This document shows, piece after piece, positions 19,101 through 27,619 of a stretch of 64,000 nucleotides of DNA. Every line of letters starts with the position of its first letter. Position 1 is the first letter of the stretch. This DNA is from Myxococcota bacterium (lineage in GTDB: Bacteria > Myxococcota_A > SURF-8), in contig OZ223209.1 in assembly GCA_965140415.1 (NCBI GenBank), forward strand, positions 1,312,001 to 1,376,000. Reading direction: 5' to 3'. A model generated the notes under the pieces. It searched no databases. It worked only from the letters and a program-made list of their open reading frames with translations, and was not told the DNA's origin. A program made the position numbers and the translations under genes.

Positions 19101-22100
19101 CTGCGGGAACCTTTGCCAGTTCCACCGGACAGGATTCCTGCACCGCTTGCCCGACCGGCACCTATGCTGCTGGCACGGGAAGTGTGGCCTGTGATGACTG
19201 TCCCGCTGGCTTCTTTAACGGCCTCACCGGGCAGGCTTATTGCACCAGTTGTCCGCCGGGAACCTACCAAGACATTTCCGGCGCAACAACTTGCAATGAT
19301 TGTCTGGCAGGGAGCTATGCCGATACCTCCGGAAGCACTTCCTGCTCTGCCTGCGATGCGGGTACTTATGCCAGTAGTACCGGTAGTGCTGAATGCTCTG
19401 TCTGCGATGCCGGAACCTTTGCCAGCGGCACGGGAAATACGTCTTGCACCGATTGCGCTGCGGGTAGCTATACCGACGCTACAGGTCAGGCTTCCTGCGT
19501 GGCTTGCGACGCCGGAACCTTCGCTAGCGGCACGGGAAATACCTCCTGCACCGACTGTGCGGCGGGTTCCTATACGGATTTGACAGGGCAGGCTTCCTGC
19601 ATGGCTTGCGATGCCGGAACCTTCGCTAGCGGCACGGGAAATACCTCCTGCACCGACTGTGCGGCGGGTTCCTATACGGATTTGACAGGGCAGGCTTCCT
19701 GCGTGGCTTGCGACGCCGGAACCTATGCTAGCGGCACGGGTAATACTTCCTGCACCGCCTGCGCGGCGGGTTCCTATACTGACGCTACAGGTCAGGCTTC
19801 CTGCGTGTCTTGTGACGCCGGAACCTTCGCCAGCGGCACGGGTAATACTACTTGTACCGACTGCGATGCGGGTACTTATGCCAGTAGTACCGGTAGTGCT
19901 GAATGCTCTGTCTGCGACGCCGGAACCTTTGCCAGCGGCACCGGGAATACTACTTGTACCGACTGCGCTGCGGGTTCCTATACCGATTCTACAGGTCAGG
20001 CTTCCTGCGTGTCTTGTGACGCCGGAACCTTCGCCAGCGGCACGGGTAATACTACTTGTACCGACTGCGATGCGGGTACTTATGCCAGTAGTACCGGTAG
20101 TGCTGAATGCTCTGTCTGCGACGCCGGAACCTTTGCCAGCGGCACCGGGAATACTACTTGTACCGACTGCGCTGCGGGTTCCTATACCGATTCTACAGGT
20201 CAGGCTTCCTGTGTGGCTTGCGACGCCGGAACCTTCGCCAGCGGCACAGGGAATACGTCTTGTACCGACTGCGCAGCGGGTAGCTATACCGACGCTACAG
20301 GTCAGGCTTCCTGCGTGGCTTGCGACGCCGGAACCTTTGCCAGCGGCACAGGGAATACGTCTTGTACCGCCTGTGTGGCGGGTAGCTATACCGACGCTAC
20401 AGGTCAGGCTTCCTGCGTGGCTTGCGACGCCGGAACCTTTGCCAGCGGTACAGGGAATACGTCTTGCACCGACTGCGCCACGGGTAGCTATACCGACGCC
20501 ACGGGTCAGGCTTCCTGCGTGGCTTGCGATGCCGGAACCTTTGCCAGCGGCACAGGAAATACGTCTTGCACCGACTGCGCTGCGGGTTCCTATACCGACG
20601 CTACAGGTCAGGCTTCCTGCGTGGCTTGCGATGCCGGAACCTTTGCCAGCGGCACGGGAAATACGTCTTGCACCGACTGCGCGGCGGGTAGCTATACCGA
20701 CGCTACGGGTCAGGCTTCCTGCGTGGCTTGTGACGCCGGAACCTTTGCCAGTGGTACAGGGAATACGTCTTGTACCGCCTGTGCGGCGGGTAGCTATACC
20801 GATCTGACAGGTCAGGTGGCGTGTGTGCCTTGTGCTGTAGGCAGTTATGCGGCAAGCACGGGTTTGACGGCCTGTGTGCTTTGCCCGGCTGGACTGTTTG
20901 CGAGTGAATTGGGAAGCGATAGCTGCCAGCAATGTCCCATTGGAACGATTGCAGCAACAGAAGGTAGTTCGGAATGCACACCTTGTGCTGCGGGGACGTA
21001 TATCGGTGAGGCTGGTCAGAGTGCATGTCTGTCCTGCCAGCCGGGTGAATATTCCACTGGCAGTGGCAACTCTGTCTGTACGGCCTGTCCCATTGGATAC
21101 TACAACGATCAATCCGGTCAGTCGGAATGTATCGCCTGTGATGAAGGATTTAATTCCGGTGAAGGCGCTACCAGTTGCTTCTCGGTTTGCGGCGATGGTC
21201 TGGTTGTCGGCGATGAAGAATGCGACGATCAAGATACCGATAACAACGATGGCTGCTCGTCGGTCTGTACGATCGAGGACGGCTATCTGTGTCCGACTCC
21301 GGGTGCGGATTGCGTGGTTGCCTGCGGTGGTATTGCCTACTACGATTCCACGGTTTGCAGTGAACACGGCACTTGCGTCGCTCCCAATGAGTGCGAGTGC
21401 GAACCCGGATTTGTAGGTGACAACTGTGGCTTGGCCGATACCGATGAAGACGGTGTGGCGGATATCGTCGATGTCTGTCCCGATAGCGCCGATGACGATG
21501 CCGATGAAGACGGTTACTGTGCGGGCGAACGCTACAACGAGCCGAAGCTTGGTGGTGATGATTGCGACGACGATCCGGGTGCCTGCGGTGAAGACTGCTA
21601 TCCCGAGGCGGATGAATGGTGCGACGGATACGACAACAACTGCAACGAAGAAACCGACGAACTCTACGAAGACCTGGATGACGTTTGCTATGTGGGTGTC
21701 GGTGCCTGCGAAGCGGAAGGCGTGATGGTCTGCACCGTCGATGGAATCACCACGGAGTGTGATGCGGTTGCGGGTGAGCCTGCGGCAGACGATGTTACCT
21801 GCGACAACGTGGATGACAACTGCGACGGTTCCACAGATGAGGGTTACGTCAGCCTGGAGACCGACTGCGGCGTGGGAGCCTGTGCGGCTACCGGTTCCAC
21901 AAGTTGTGAAGATGGCCAGGTGCTGGATAGCTGTACACCGGGTCAAGCGGCAGCGGACGATGTCACCTGCGACAGCGTGGATGACAACTGCGACGGCTCC
22001 ACCGATGAAGGTTATGTCAGCTTGGATATCCACTGCGGCGTGGGAGCCTGTGCGGAGGCGGGTTATACTAGCTGTGAAGATGGCCAGGTGGTGGATATCT

Positions 22101-23395
22101 GCACGCCGGGTGAGCCTGCGGCAGACGACGTCACCTGTGACAATGTGGATGACAACTGCGATGGCTCCACCGATGAGGGTTACGTCAGCCTGGACACCGA
22201 CTGCGGCGTGGGAGCCTGTGCGGCGACCGGTTCTACTAGTTGTGTGGAAGGTCAGGAAGTAGATAGCTGCACGCCGGGAACTCCTTCGGATGAACTCTGC
22301 GACGGCGTGGACAGCAACTGCAACGGCGTAGCCGATGAAAACGAACAGCTCGACAGCCTGTGTATGGAATATGCCAGCTGCCAGGTGGATGGCGAAACCT
22401 ACGCCTGTATCTGTGACGATGGATACGAAATGGAAGGCGAAGTCTGCGTGGCGCTGCCCTGCACCGGTCAGGACGACTGGACGGCCTGTGCGATTCTCGA
22501 AGGGGATGCGGATATCGAAGGCGGTTGCTTCGATCAAGCCTGCGAAGCGCTTGCGGTCGGTGATGGCTGCTTTAACACCGAGGAAATCTTCGTGGACGAT
22601 CTGTATGAAGCGGACTTCGGTGGTGCGCACGCTTATGCCGCTATCGAATCTCCCTGTGTCGACGGGGCAGCCGTATCCGGGCTGGATCTGTTCCTGTTCG
22701 CTTCATTGGAAGCGGAACACAGCTACAAGCTGAGCTTCTCCAACAATAGCGGTTCCGCACTGACAGCAGCCTTCATGCTCGATTGCGACGACTCGGAAAC
22801 CTGTCAGGGAACGGCAATCGAGATTCCGGCGGATGCCCAGGCTCTCGGCTTCGATCTCCCTGAGTATATGGAAGAGACTGCACTGTTCTTCCACATCGTA
22901 TCGAACGCTGCGGATAAGGATGCCGCCGGATTTACGGTTCTACTGGAAGATGTCACCCCGGTCGTTGATGGTGATGGTGTTGACGGCGACATGCCCGATG
23001 GTGACATGCCTGATGGCGACATGCCCGATGGTGACATGCCTGACGGCGACATGCCCGATGGTGACATGCCTGACGGCGATATGCCCGACGGTGATATGCC
23101 TGACGGTGATATGCCTGACGGCGACATGCCCGACGGTGACATGATCGATGGTGATTTAGTCGACGGCGATCTGGTTATCGACGGCGATGGAACCGATGGA
23201 GACGGTGTCGTCGATGGAGATGACGCGGACGGCGACGACGCCGATGGCGATGAAAGCACCGACGGCGACGGCTTCGATGATGACGACGATGGCTGCCATC
23301 AGACGGAATCGACTTCGGCTATGTGGTTATTCGCCGGATTGCTTCTGGCACTGACCGTACGGCGAAGGCGTTTTCAAATTGTAAAAGTTAAGTAG
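16163..23395 (+). CDS. 2410-aa Cys-rich surface protein: myxobacterial Cys-rich repeats, Ca-EGF, many 17-aa GCC2/ephrin-receptor-like repeats, MopE-like repeats, DGDMP tract, MYXO-CTERM-like tail
   Basis: AAGGAGG SD and signal peptide; three CG(N/D)G...EECDD...DGC units; DINEC...C...C.NT.GSFTC; CxxCxAG(T/S)(Y/F) repeats; CDxxDxNC repeats; ends DGCHQ...LLLALTVRRRR. Confidence 0.9.
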   Translation: MRLGKRMVWVFLVLALVCLSAPLWAATKTTTITVDYAIDYPDPDCVCSHGYSDPPVWGGSAGLAQYFNDPLPSSAKVLSFEATAYGTTCGSNVNVTIEIQGTSIGSLTMTGACDCADCYNEIVTSSTYTDFPGYNHGGQNSFQFTSFSGEFYPSYVELEITYNDECGNGTLEAGEECDDNGNDDGDGCAADCTVESGWLCNNTPMPTVCIDYDECLGQNGGHNCDTNATCTNTPGSFTCACDAGYYGDGTSCTACPVGTYNALTGQTSVAACLDCAAGYYADSTGQTECSACPEGSYASGTGNDSCTLCATGTYNGSTGQSSCTVCPTGEYADSTGSTACTNCPAGTYNALTGQTSITACLDCATGYFGSSAGLASCTACPSGTYAASTGSTACDDCAAGTYNNIPAQASCVVCPMGSYQANTGQTACTDCLAGSYADSTGSTSCDDCPVGSYTDSAGQSECIPCSVGYFASSSGGTSCTACPTGTYADSTGSMACDDCPAGTYNDQTAQSSCTNCPAGYYNPSTGEASCTECPFGFNSDEGATTCYNVCGDGNVVTGEECDDDDTDDGDGCSSTCTVEDGYACDANQPSNCADINECTENTDNCDDNATCTNTVGSFTCACDTGFYGDGVTCTACPAGTYNALTGQTTSDACVACDAGTFASGTGNTTCIACAAGSYTDSTGQASCVACDAGTFASGTGNTSCTDCAAGSYTDATGQASCVACDAGTFASGTGNTSCTDCAAGSYTDATGQASCVACDAGTYASGTGNTSCTDCAAGSYTDSTGQASCVACDAGTFASGTGNTSCTDCPVGSYAELTGQTSCSLCAAGTYNDQTGQVSCTECAEGRYTALPGQIYCLACDAGTFASGTGNTSCTDCAAGSYTDATGQASCVVCDAGTFASGTGNTSCTDCAAGSYTDATGQASCVACDAGTFASGTGNTSCTDCPVGSYAELTGQASCVVCDAGTFASGTGNTSCTDCAAGTFASSTGQDSCTACPTGTYAAGTGSVACDDCPAGFFNGLTGQAYCTSCPPGTYQDISGATTCNDCLAGSYADTSGSTSCSACDAGTYASSTGSAECSVCDAGTFASGTGNTSCTDCAAGSYTDATGQASCVACDAGTFASGTGNTSCTDCAAGSYTDLTGQASCMACDAGTFASGTGNTSCTDCAAGSYTDLTGQASCVACDAGTYASGTGNTSCTACAAGSYTDATGQASCVSCDAGTFASGTGNTTCTDCDAGTYASSTGSAECSVCDAGTFASGTGNTTCTDCAAGSYTDSTGQASCVSCDAGTFASGTGNTTCTDCDAGTYASSTGSAECSVCDAGTFASGTGNTTCTDCAAGSYTDSTGQASCVACDAGTFASGTGNTSCTDCAAGSYTDATGQASCVACDAGTFASGTGNTSCTACVAGSYTDATGQASCVACDAGTFASGTGNTSCTDCATGSYTDATGQASCVACDAGTFASGTGNTSCTDCAAGSYTDATGQASCVACDAGTFASGTGNTSCTDCAAGSYTDATGQASCVACDAGTFASGTGNTSCTACAAGSYTDLTGQVACVPCAVGSYAASTGLTACVLCPAGLFASELGSDSCQQCPIGTIAATEGSSECTPCAAGTYIGEAGQSACLSCQPGEYSTGSGNSVCTACPIGYYNDQSGQSECIACDEGFNSGEGATSCFSVCGDGLVVGDEECDDQDTDNNDGCSSVCTIEDGYLCPTPGADCVVACGGIAYYDSTVCSEHGTCVAPNECECEPGFVGDNCGLADTDEDGVADIVDVCPDSADDDADEDGYCAGERYNEPKLGGDDCDDDPGACGEDCYPEADEWCDGYDNNCNEETDELYEDLDDVCYVGVGACEAEGVMVCTVDGITTECDAVAGEPAADDVTCDNVDDNCDGSTDEGYVSLETDCGVGACAATGSTSCEDGQVLDSCTPGQAAADDVTCDSVDDNCDGSTDEGYVSLDIHCGVGACAEAGYTSCEDGQVVDICTPGEPAADDVTCDNVDDNCDGSTDEGYVSLDTDCGVGACAATGSTSCVEGQEVDSCTPGTPSDELCDGVDSNCNGVADENEQLDSLCMEYASCQVDGETYACICDDGYEMEGEVCVALPCTGQDDWTACAILEGDADIEGGCFDQACEALAVGDGCFNTEEIFVDDLYEADFGGAHAYAAIESPCVDGAAVSGLDLFLFASLEAEHSYKLSFSNNSGSALTAAFMLDCDDSETCQGTAIEIPADAQALGFDLPEYMEETALFFHIVSNAADKDAAGFTVLLEDVTPVVDGDGVDGDMPDGDMPDGDMPDGDMPDGDMPDGDMPDGDMPDGDMPDGDMPDGDMPDGDMIDGDLVDGDLVIDGDGTDGDGVVDGDDADGDDADGDESTDGDGFDDDDDGCHQTESTSAMWLFAGLLLALTVRRRRFQIVKVK
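18060..21180 (+). repeat. Intragenic tandem array, 51-nt unit (102-nt doublet)
   Basis: Near-identical copies of ggtcaggcttcctgcgtggcttgcgacgccggaacc; includes a 204-nt perfect duplication at about 19786-20211. Bounds are approximate. Confidence 0.95.
21776..22279 (+). repeat. Three 168-nt (56-aa) tandem repeats
   Basis: AADDVTCDxVDDNCDGSTDEGYVSL...CGVGAC occurs three times; units 1 and 3 start at 21776 and 22112. Confidence 0.9.
22982..23146 (+). repeat. 15-nt tandem repeat encoding (DGDMP)10-DGDMI
   Basis: GAYGGYGAYATGCCY units, varying only at synonymous positions. Confidence 0.95.
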
Positions 23396-23421
23396 GGAAG
23401 TCTCCTTGCTGAATGGAACAA

Positions 23422-23451
23422 AAAAGGCCGGGGCAATCGCCTCGGCCTTTT
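23422..23451 (+). terminator. Rho-independent terminator (possibly bidirectional)
   Basis: AAAAGGCCGGGGC-aatc-GCCTCGGCCTTTT. Confidence 0.8.
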
Positions 23452-23551
23452 ACTTATACAAATTCAGATGGTGGGTACCTTGGTTTTGATTGTGTGTCCT
23501 TAAATAGCCTCGCTTCCCGTTTTGCTTCATTATTCGGAGAAGTAGATAAAA

Positions 23552-23578
23552 CAAAACCGGGGAGGTGGTCCTCCCCGG
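23552..23578 (-). terminator. Terminator of the peroxiredoxin gene
   Basis: CCGGGGAGG/CCTCCCCGG stem followed by TTTTG on the minus strand. Confidence 0.75.
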
Positions 23579-23631
23579 CTTGACCGGATCAAAGTTGAAA
23601 GATCAAGGTGCCCGGTAATTTCTAACGGAAA

Positions 23632-24330
23632 TTACGCTTTCAGTTTCTTGAAGCACATGAACCAGTCCAGGCAGTACTGATCGTCGCTCTGGCTTTCCAT
23701 ACGCTCGGCGGCCTGTCCGCAGGATCCCGGAGGAGGAATGATTACGTCGTCGCCGGGACGCCAGTCCGCCGGAGTGGCAATTCCGTGTTTGTCCGAAGTC
23801 TGCATGGCGACCAGCAGGCGCTTGATCTCGTCGAAATTGCGGCCATTGGCCAGCGGATAGTAAACCAGCGCGCGAATCTTGGCTTCCGGATCGATAAAGA
23901 AGACCGCACGAACGGCCTGGGTGTCGCTGGCGTTAGGCATCACCATGCCGAAGCTTTTAGCGACATCCATTTTCAGATCCGCGATCACCGGGAATTTGAC
24001 TTCCACATTTTTCATGCCTTTGTATTCGATCTTTTCCTTGATCGTGCGCAGCCAGGCGATATGTGAGAAATGGCTGTCGATAGAAAGACCGATCAGTTCG
24101 GTGTTCAGTTCGCGGAATTCATTCTGCATTTTTGCGAAAGTCATGAATTCCGTGGTGCAGACCGGGGTAAAATCCGCCGGGTGGCTGAACAGGATGGTCC
24201 ATTTTCCTTTGTAATCTTCGGGGAAATTGATTACGCCCTGGGTTGTCATGGCGGTGAATGACGGAGCGGTTTCGCCGATAAGAGGAATACGGGGAGCAAC
24301 TTCCTGGGTTTCAATGTCGTGATGGCTCAT
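23632..24330 (-). CDS. Peroxiredoxin (AhpC/TSA, Prx6-like with extra C-terminal Cys)
   Basis: FSHPADFTPVCTTEF, ATPADWxPG, YCLDWFMC; ATG at 24330 follows AAGGAG. Confidence 0.95.
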   Translation of the reverse strand: MSHHDIETQEVAPRIPLIGETAPSFTAMTTQGVINFPEDYKGKWTILFSHPADFTPVCTTEFMTFAKMQNEFRELNTELIGLSIDSHFSHIAWLRTIKEKIEYKGMKNVEVKFPVIADLKMDVAKSFGMVMPNASDTQAVRAVFFIDPEAKIRALVYYPLANGRNFDEIKRLLVAMQTSDKHGIATPADWRPGDDVIIPPPGSCGQAAERMESQSDDQYCLDWFMCFKKLKA

Positions 24331-24598
24331 AGTTTTTTCTCCTTGCGTTTCAAGTTTTGGTATATGAATCGTACAATGATGTGTCGAGCAATGTTGTATC
24401 ATGAACGATCGTCCGAGTGAATACATGGGGAACGCGAGTTAGCGACCGTTCATGCATTGAGATGCGGGAAGAGGAAAAATTATTCCGTTCCTAAAGAAAA
24501 ATAATTTCAAATAAAAAAACGGGATGGAACGAGTAAAAGTTAGAAACGGAGTTTCACAGAGTGATGTGCTGCCTCGTGTTGTAACGTGATGCGATACG

Positions 24599-24627
24599 AA
24601 AACGGCCTGCCGATAAGTGGCAGGCCG
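24599..24627 (-). terminator. Rho-independent terminator
   Basis: CGGCCTGCC/GGCAGGCCG stem then TTTT on the minus strand, downstream of the stop at 24663. Confidence 0.75.
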
Positions 24628-24662
24628 CAGAAGTTTACAGATAGGAATATAAGACCGAAAAA

Positions 24663-26546
24663 TTACCTGGTCATTTCGACGATCTTGACTTGCAAGGATT
24701 CACCCGTTTTTCCCTGGAAGAGATCGCCCGTGGCATGAGAATTTCCGCCCGGTCCGCCGAAGCCCACCTGAATGTCGTTGTTTTCCACGTAAGTGCTGCT
24801 GTCCTCCGGTGGCTGGTAAACGAAAACTCCGTAGCTGACGCCACCACCGCCGCCGCCGCCATGACCGCCGCGACCGCCGTTGCCACCGTTGCCGCCATTG
24901 CCGCCAGAGCCGGAGGCATCGCCGTTGCCCTGCCAGAATGCGCCGCCAGCGCCACCAGCGCCGCCTGTGCCGCCCGTGCCGCCCTCGCCGCCGTCGCCGC
25001 CAGCGCCGCCGTTACCGACGACGATTTCATTCGCGAATGCGGATGCCGTAGAACGATAGTAAAAGATACCGATCGAACCGCCGCCCGGCGCACCGCCGCG
25101 ACCGCGCGTACCCATGCAGCCCGCCGAGCCGCCGCCGCCGCCGCCACCGCCCCAACCGGCAGAGTTGTACCATGCGCCGCCATCGGTGCCGCCGCCACCG
25201 CCACCGCCGCCGCCACCGGTGCCGTTTTTGCCGTCTCCGCCTTGCAGCCCCGCAGAACCGATCCACATGCCCGCCTGCGTGACCAAGCCGGTTTCGTTTC
25301 CGCCAAGGCCGTCCGTACCGGCCTGACCGGGATCGCCGGGTTGACCGACTCCGCCATCGCCGATGCTGGAGCCTAAGCCGTAGTTGCCGCCATCGGGCGG
25401 GGTGGTTCCGTTTTCGCCATTGGTGTCGTTGTCTCCCGCACCCCATCCGGCTTTTCCGCCTTTGCCGCCGTAGGTTTCACCACAAACGGCTCTTGCGCCG
25501 TTGCCGCCTTGTGGGCGATCGCCCCAGCCGGTCAGGTCGCGATAACCATTTTCGCCGGGATTGCCGGGAGTGCCATTGGCTCCGCCGACACCATTTTCCC
25601 CATCGGTACCGGATGCGCCGTCTCCGATGAACAGGCGGCAGTGATGCACCCTCACGGTCAGGCAATCCTTGATCCAGACACCGAAGTTGGAGCCGGATGG
25701 TGCGTTATAGTTGCTGGTGGTGCGAATGGTTACGAAAGCCAATTCGGTGGTGCGGGTCAGATCCTCTGCGAGTACCGCACGCAAGTTGCTGGTATCATCG
25801 ACGTTATCGACATACAACTCCGTGCCTGTTGCTTCGCGGGCCCAGCCGTTGGCCGGGTTGAAGCCGCCGTATACGCTCACACCGTCTTGCAGGCTGATCT
25901 GGCCGGGATATTGGCCGATGGCCAGATAAACGTCTTTATCCTGCTCGACTGCCAGAACGAACGCGCGTTCGATGGTCTTGACCGGTTTTTCGGCGCTGCC
26001 ACTGTAGAGCAGATCGTTTCCGTTGACCGGATCTACAAAGATCGCTCCGGAAAGGGAACCGTCGATGCCGTCGCAGTCGTTGTCGATGAACTCCGGATCG
26101 GGAAGATCCGGGTTGCCGTCGTAGTCGGGGCAGGGCAGATCACCATCAACCGGCGTATCGCCATCTACTGGGGAGTCTCCGTCAACGGGTGTATCGCCAT
26201 CCACCGGAGTATCGCCGTCTACGGGAGTGTCTCCGTCCACTACCGTGTCCCCATCCGTTTTGTCACCATCGGCAGTGGTATCGCCGTCGGGAGCGTCTCC
26301 ATCTGGTGTGTCGCCATCTGGTGTGTCGCCATCTGGAGAGTCGCCGTCTGGTGTGTCGCCATCGGGTGTATCGCCGTCGGGCGTGTCACCGTCTGGAACG
26401 TTGCTGGTTTCCTTGTCGCCGTCGATGAGGAAGTCGTCCGTCGATCCACCGCCTACGGCACAACCGGATATCGAAAGAAGGCTTAGTACGAGGTACGAAA
26501 TCAGAACCCATCCTAACAAACCGATACCATACTGCTTTTTAGCCAT
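24663..26546 (-). CDS. Lipoprotein with DGDTP tract, DUF1565/beta-helix-like domain and PGRS-like Gly-rich region
   Basis: Lipobox LSISG-C; DNDCDGIDG; IFVDP...G...PVKTI; GVSVYGGF; long GGxG repeats. Start taken as MAKKQY. Confidence 0.8.
   Translation of the reverse strand: MAKKQYGIGLLGWVLISYLVLSLLSISGCAVGGGSTDDFLIDGDKETSNVPDGDTPDGDTPDGDTPDGDSPDGDTPDGDTPDGDAPDGDTTADGDKTDGDTVVDGDTPVDGDTPVDGDTPVDGDSPVDGDTPVDGDLPCPDYDGNPDLPDPEFIDNDCDGIDGSLSGAIFVDPVNGNDLLYSGSAEKPVKTIERAFVLAVEQDKDVYLAIGQYPGQISLQDGVSVYGGFNPANGWAREATGTELYVDNVDDTSNLRAVLAEDLTRTTELAFVTIRTTSNYNAPSGSNFGVWIKDCLTVRVHHCRLFIGDGASGTDGENGVGGANGTPGNPGENGYRDLTGWGDRPQGGNGARAVCGETYGGKGGKAGWGAGDNDTNGENGTTPPDGGNYGLGSSIGDGGVGQPGDPGQAGTDGLGGNETGLVTQAGMWIGSAGLQGGDGKNGTGGGGGGGGGGTDGGAWYNSAGWGGGGGGGGSAGCMGTRGRGGAPGGGSIGIFYYRSTASAFANEIVVGNGGAGGDGGEGGTGGTGGAGGAGGAFWQGNGDASGSGGNGGNGGNGGRGGHGGGGGGGVSYGVFVYQPPEDSSTYVENNDIQVGFGGPGGNSHATGDLFQGKTGESLQVKIVEMTR
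26136..26393 (-). repeat. DGD(T/S)P and DGDTPV coding repeat (15/18-nt units)
   Basis: 16 consecutive DGD units read from the translation. Confidence 0.92.
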
Positions 26547-26609
26547 AATCTTCCTCTGCGCTGATTGAAATGATTCGACAACTTTGTTCATGATTCATTG
26601 CTATTATAT

Positions 26610-26639
26610 ATTGTAACGAGCTTGACTCGAAACTGTCAA
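26610..26639 (-). promoter_or_regulatory. Sigma70-like promoter overlapping a TTGAC-N8-GTCAA palindrome
   Basis: TTGACA-N18-TACAAT on the minus strand. Confidence 0.55.
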
Positions 26640-26785
26640 CAAGGGATTGAAAGAATACGAGAAATGTGACCATTTAAAATGGGTAACAAGCCGAATCCGT
26701 TGGCTTGCGGTTGGATGATGCTTGTGCTACAACCTGCTGAGGTTCGAAACAACTTAGGAAGCCATTATTTGCATTGGAGGAAAAC

Positions 26786-27550
26786 ATGCTGGATAAAATG
26801 AGCATGAAAGGGAAGGTTGCCATCGTAACCGGAGCGAGTCGCGGAATCGGAAAAGAGATCGTTTTCGGGCTGGCCTCGCTGGGCTGCGATGTGGCTCTGG
26901 TTTCGCGTAAGCAGGAAATGCTGGATCAGGTGGCGCAGGAAGTCAAGGACAAGTACGACGTTCGCGCCTTCCCGATTGCTTGCCATTGCGGCAAGGAAGA
27001 CCAGGTACAGGCGATGGTCGCCCGCGTATCCGATGAACTGGGGCGCATCGATGTGCTGATCAATAACGCCGCCACCAACCCGCATTTCGGTTTGGCCATC
27101 GACGGCGACACGAGTATGTTCATGAAAATACTCGAAACCAACGTTGCGGGATATTTCTCGGTAATAAAAGCCGTTGCTCCGCACATGGACAAAGTCGGCG
27201 GCGGTGCGATCGTCAATCTGGCGAGTATCGCCGGGTTCAGCCCCATGCCGTTTATCGGCCTGTATTCCGTTTCCAAGGCCGCCGTCATTTCCTTGACCAA
27301 ATTGATGGGCAAGGAGTTGGGACCGCGTAACATTCGCGTCAATGCGGTTGCACCGGGCCTGATTAAAACGGACTTTTCGCGTGCGCTGTGGACCAACGAA
27401 ACGATCTTGAATGAGGCGCTCAAAGACAATGCCATCGCCCGTATCGGCGAAGCGGACGAGCCTGCAAACGTGGCCGTGTTTTTAGCGACTCCGGCGGCAT
27501 CGTATGTAACCGGCACGACCTTTACGGTCGATGGCGGTGCGAGCATCTGA
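26786..27550 (+). CDS. SDR-family oxidoreductase (DHRS4-like)
   Basis: TGASRGIG, NNAATNP, YSVSK, RVNAVAPGLIKT; GGAGG SD. Confidence 0.95.
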   Translation: MLDKMSMKGKVAIVTGASRGIGKEIVFGLASLGCDVALVSRKQEMLDQVAQEVKDKYDVRAFPIACHCGKEDQVQAMVARVSDELGRIDVLINNAATNPHFGLAIDGDTSMFMKILETNVAGYFSVIKAVAPHMDKVGGGAIVNLASIAGFSPMPFIGLYSVSKAAVISLTKLMGKELGPRNIRVNAVAPGLIKTDFSRALWTNETILNEALKDNAIARIGEADEPANVAVFLATPAASYVTGTTFTVDGGASI

Positions 27551-27619
27551 TTTGTAGCAATCCGATTCGATTGGTAAAGGGAGGACGCCTCGCTCGAACG
27601 CGACCCGTACCAGATCTTT

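Noticed and set aside
18060-21180. Possible CRISPR array or DGR template/variable repeats
   Set aside because: Units are in-frame coding repeats with no unique spacers. No cas or reverse transcriptase gene is present, and differences are mostly synonymous rather than adenine-specific.
18092-22630. 1512-aa antisense ORF and alternative-frame ORFs in the repeat gene
   Set aside because: Shadow of a repetitive coding strand that lacks antisense stop codons; no protein-like motifs.
24331-24426. Upstream extensions of ORF-track calls (peroxiredoxin, nuoC, ABC permease, rmlC, the 46759 lipoprotein)
   Set aside because: Downstream ATGs with SD sites or translational coupling fit the family N-termini better.
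27571-27585. Programmed frameshift at A_AAG_GGA into the QW-repeat ORF
   Set aside because: A -1 shift from the 27571 frame does not reach the 27620 frame, which would need +1.
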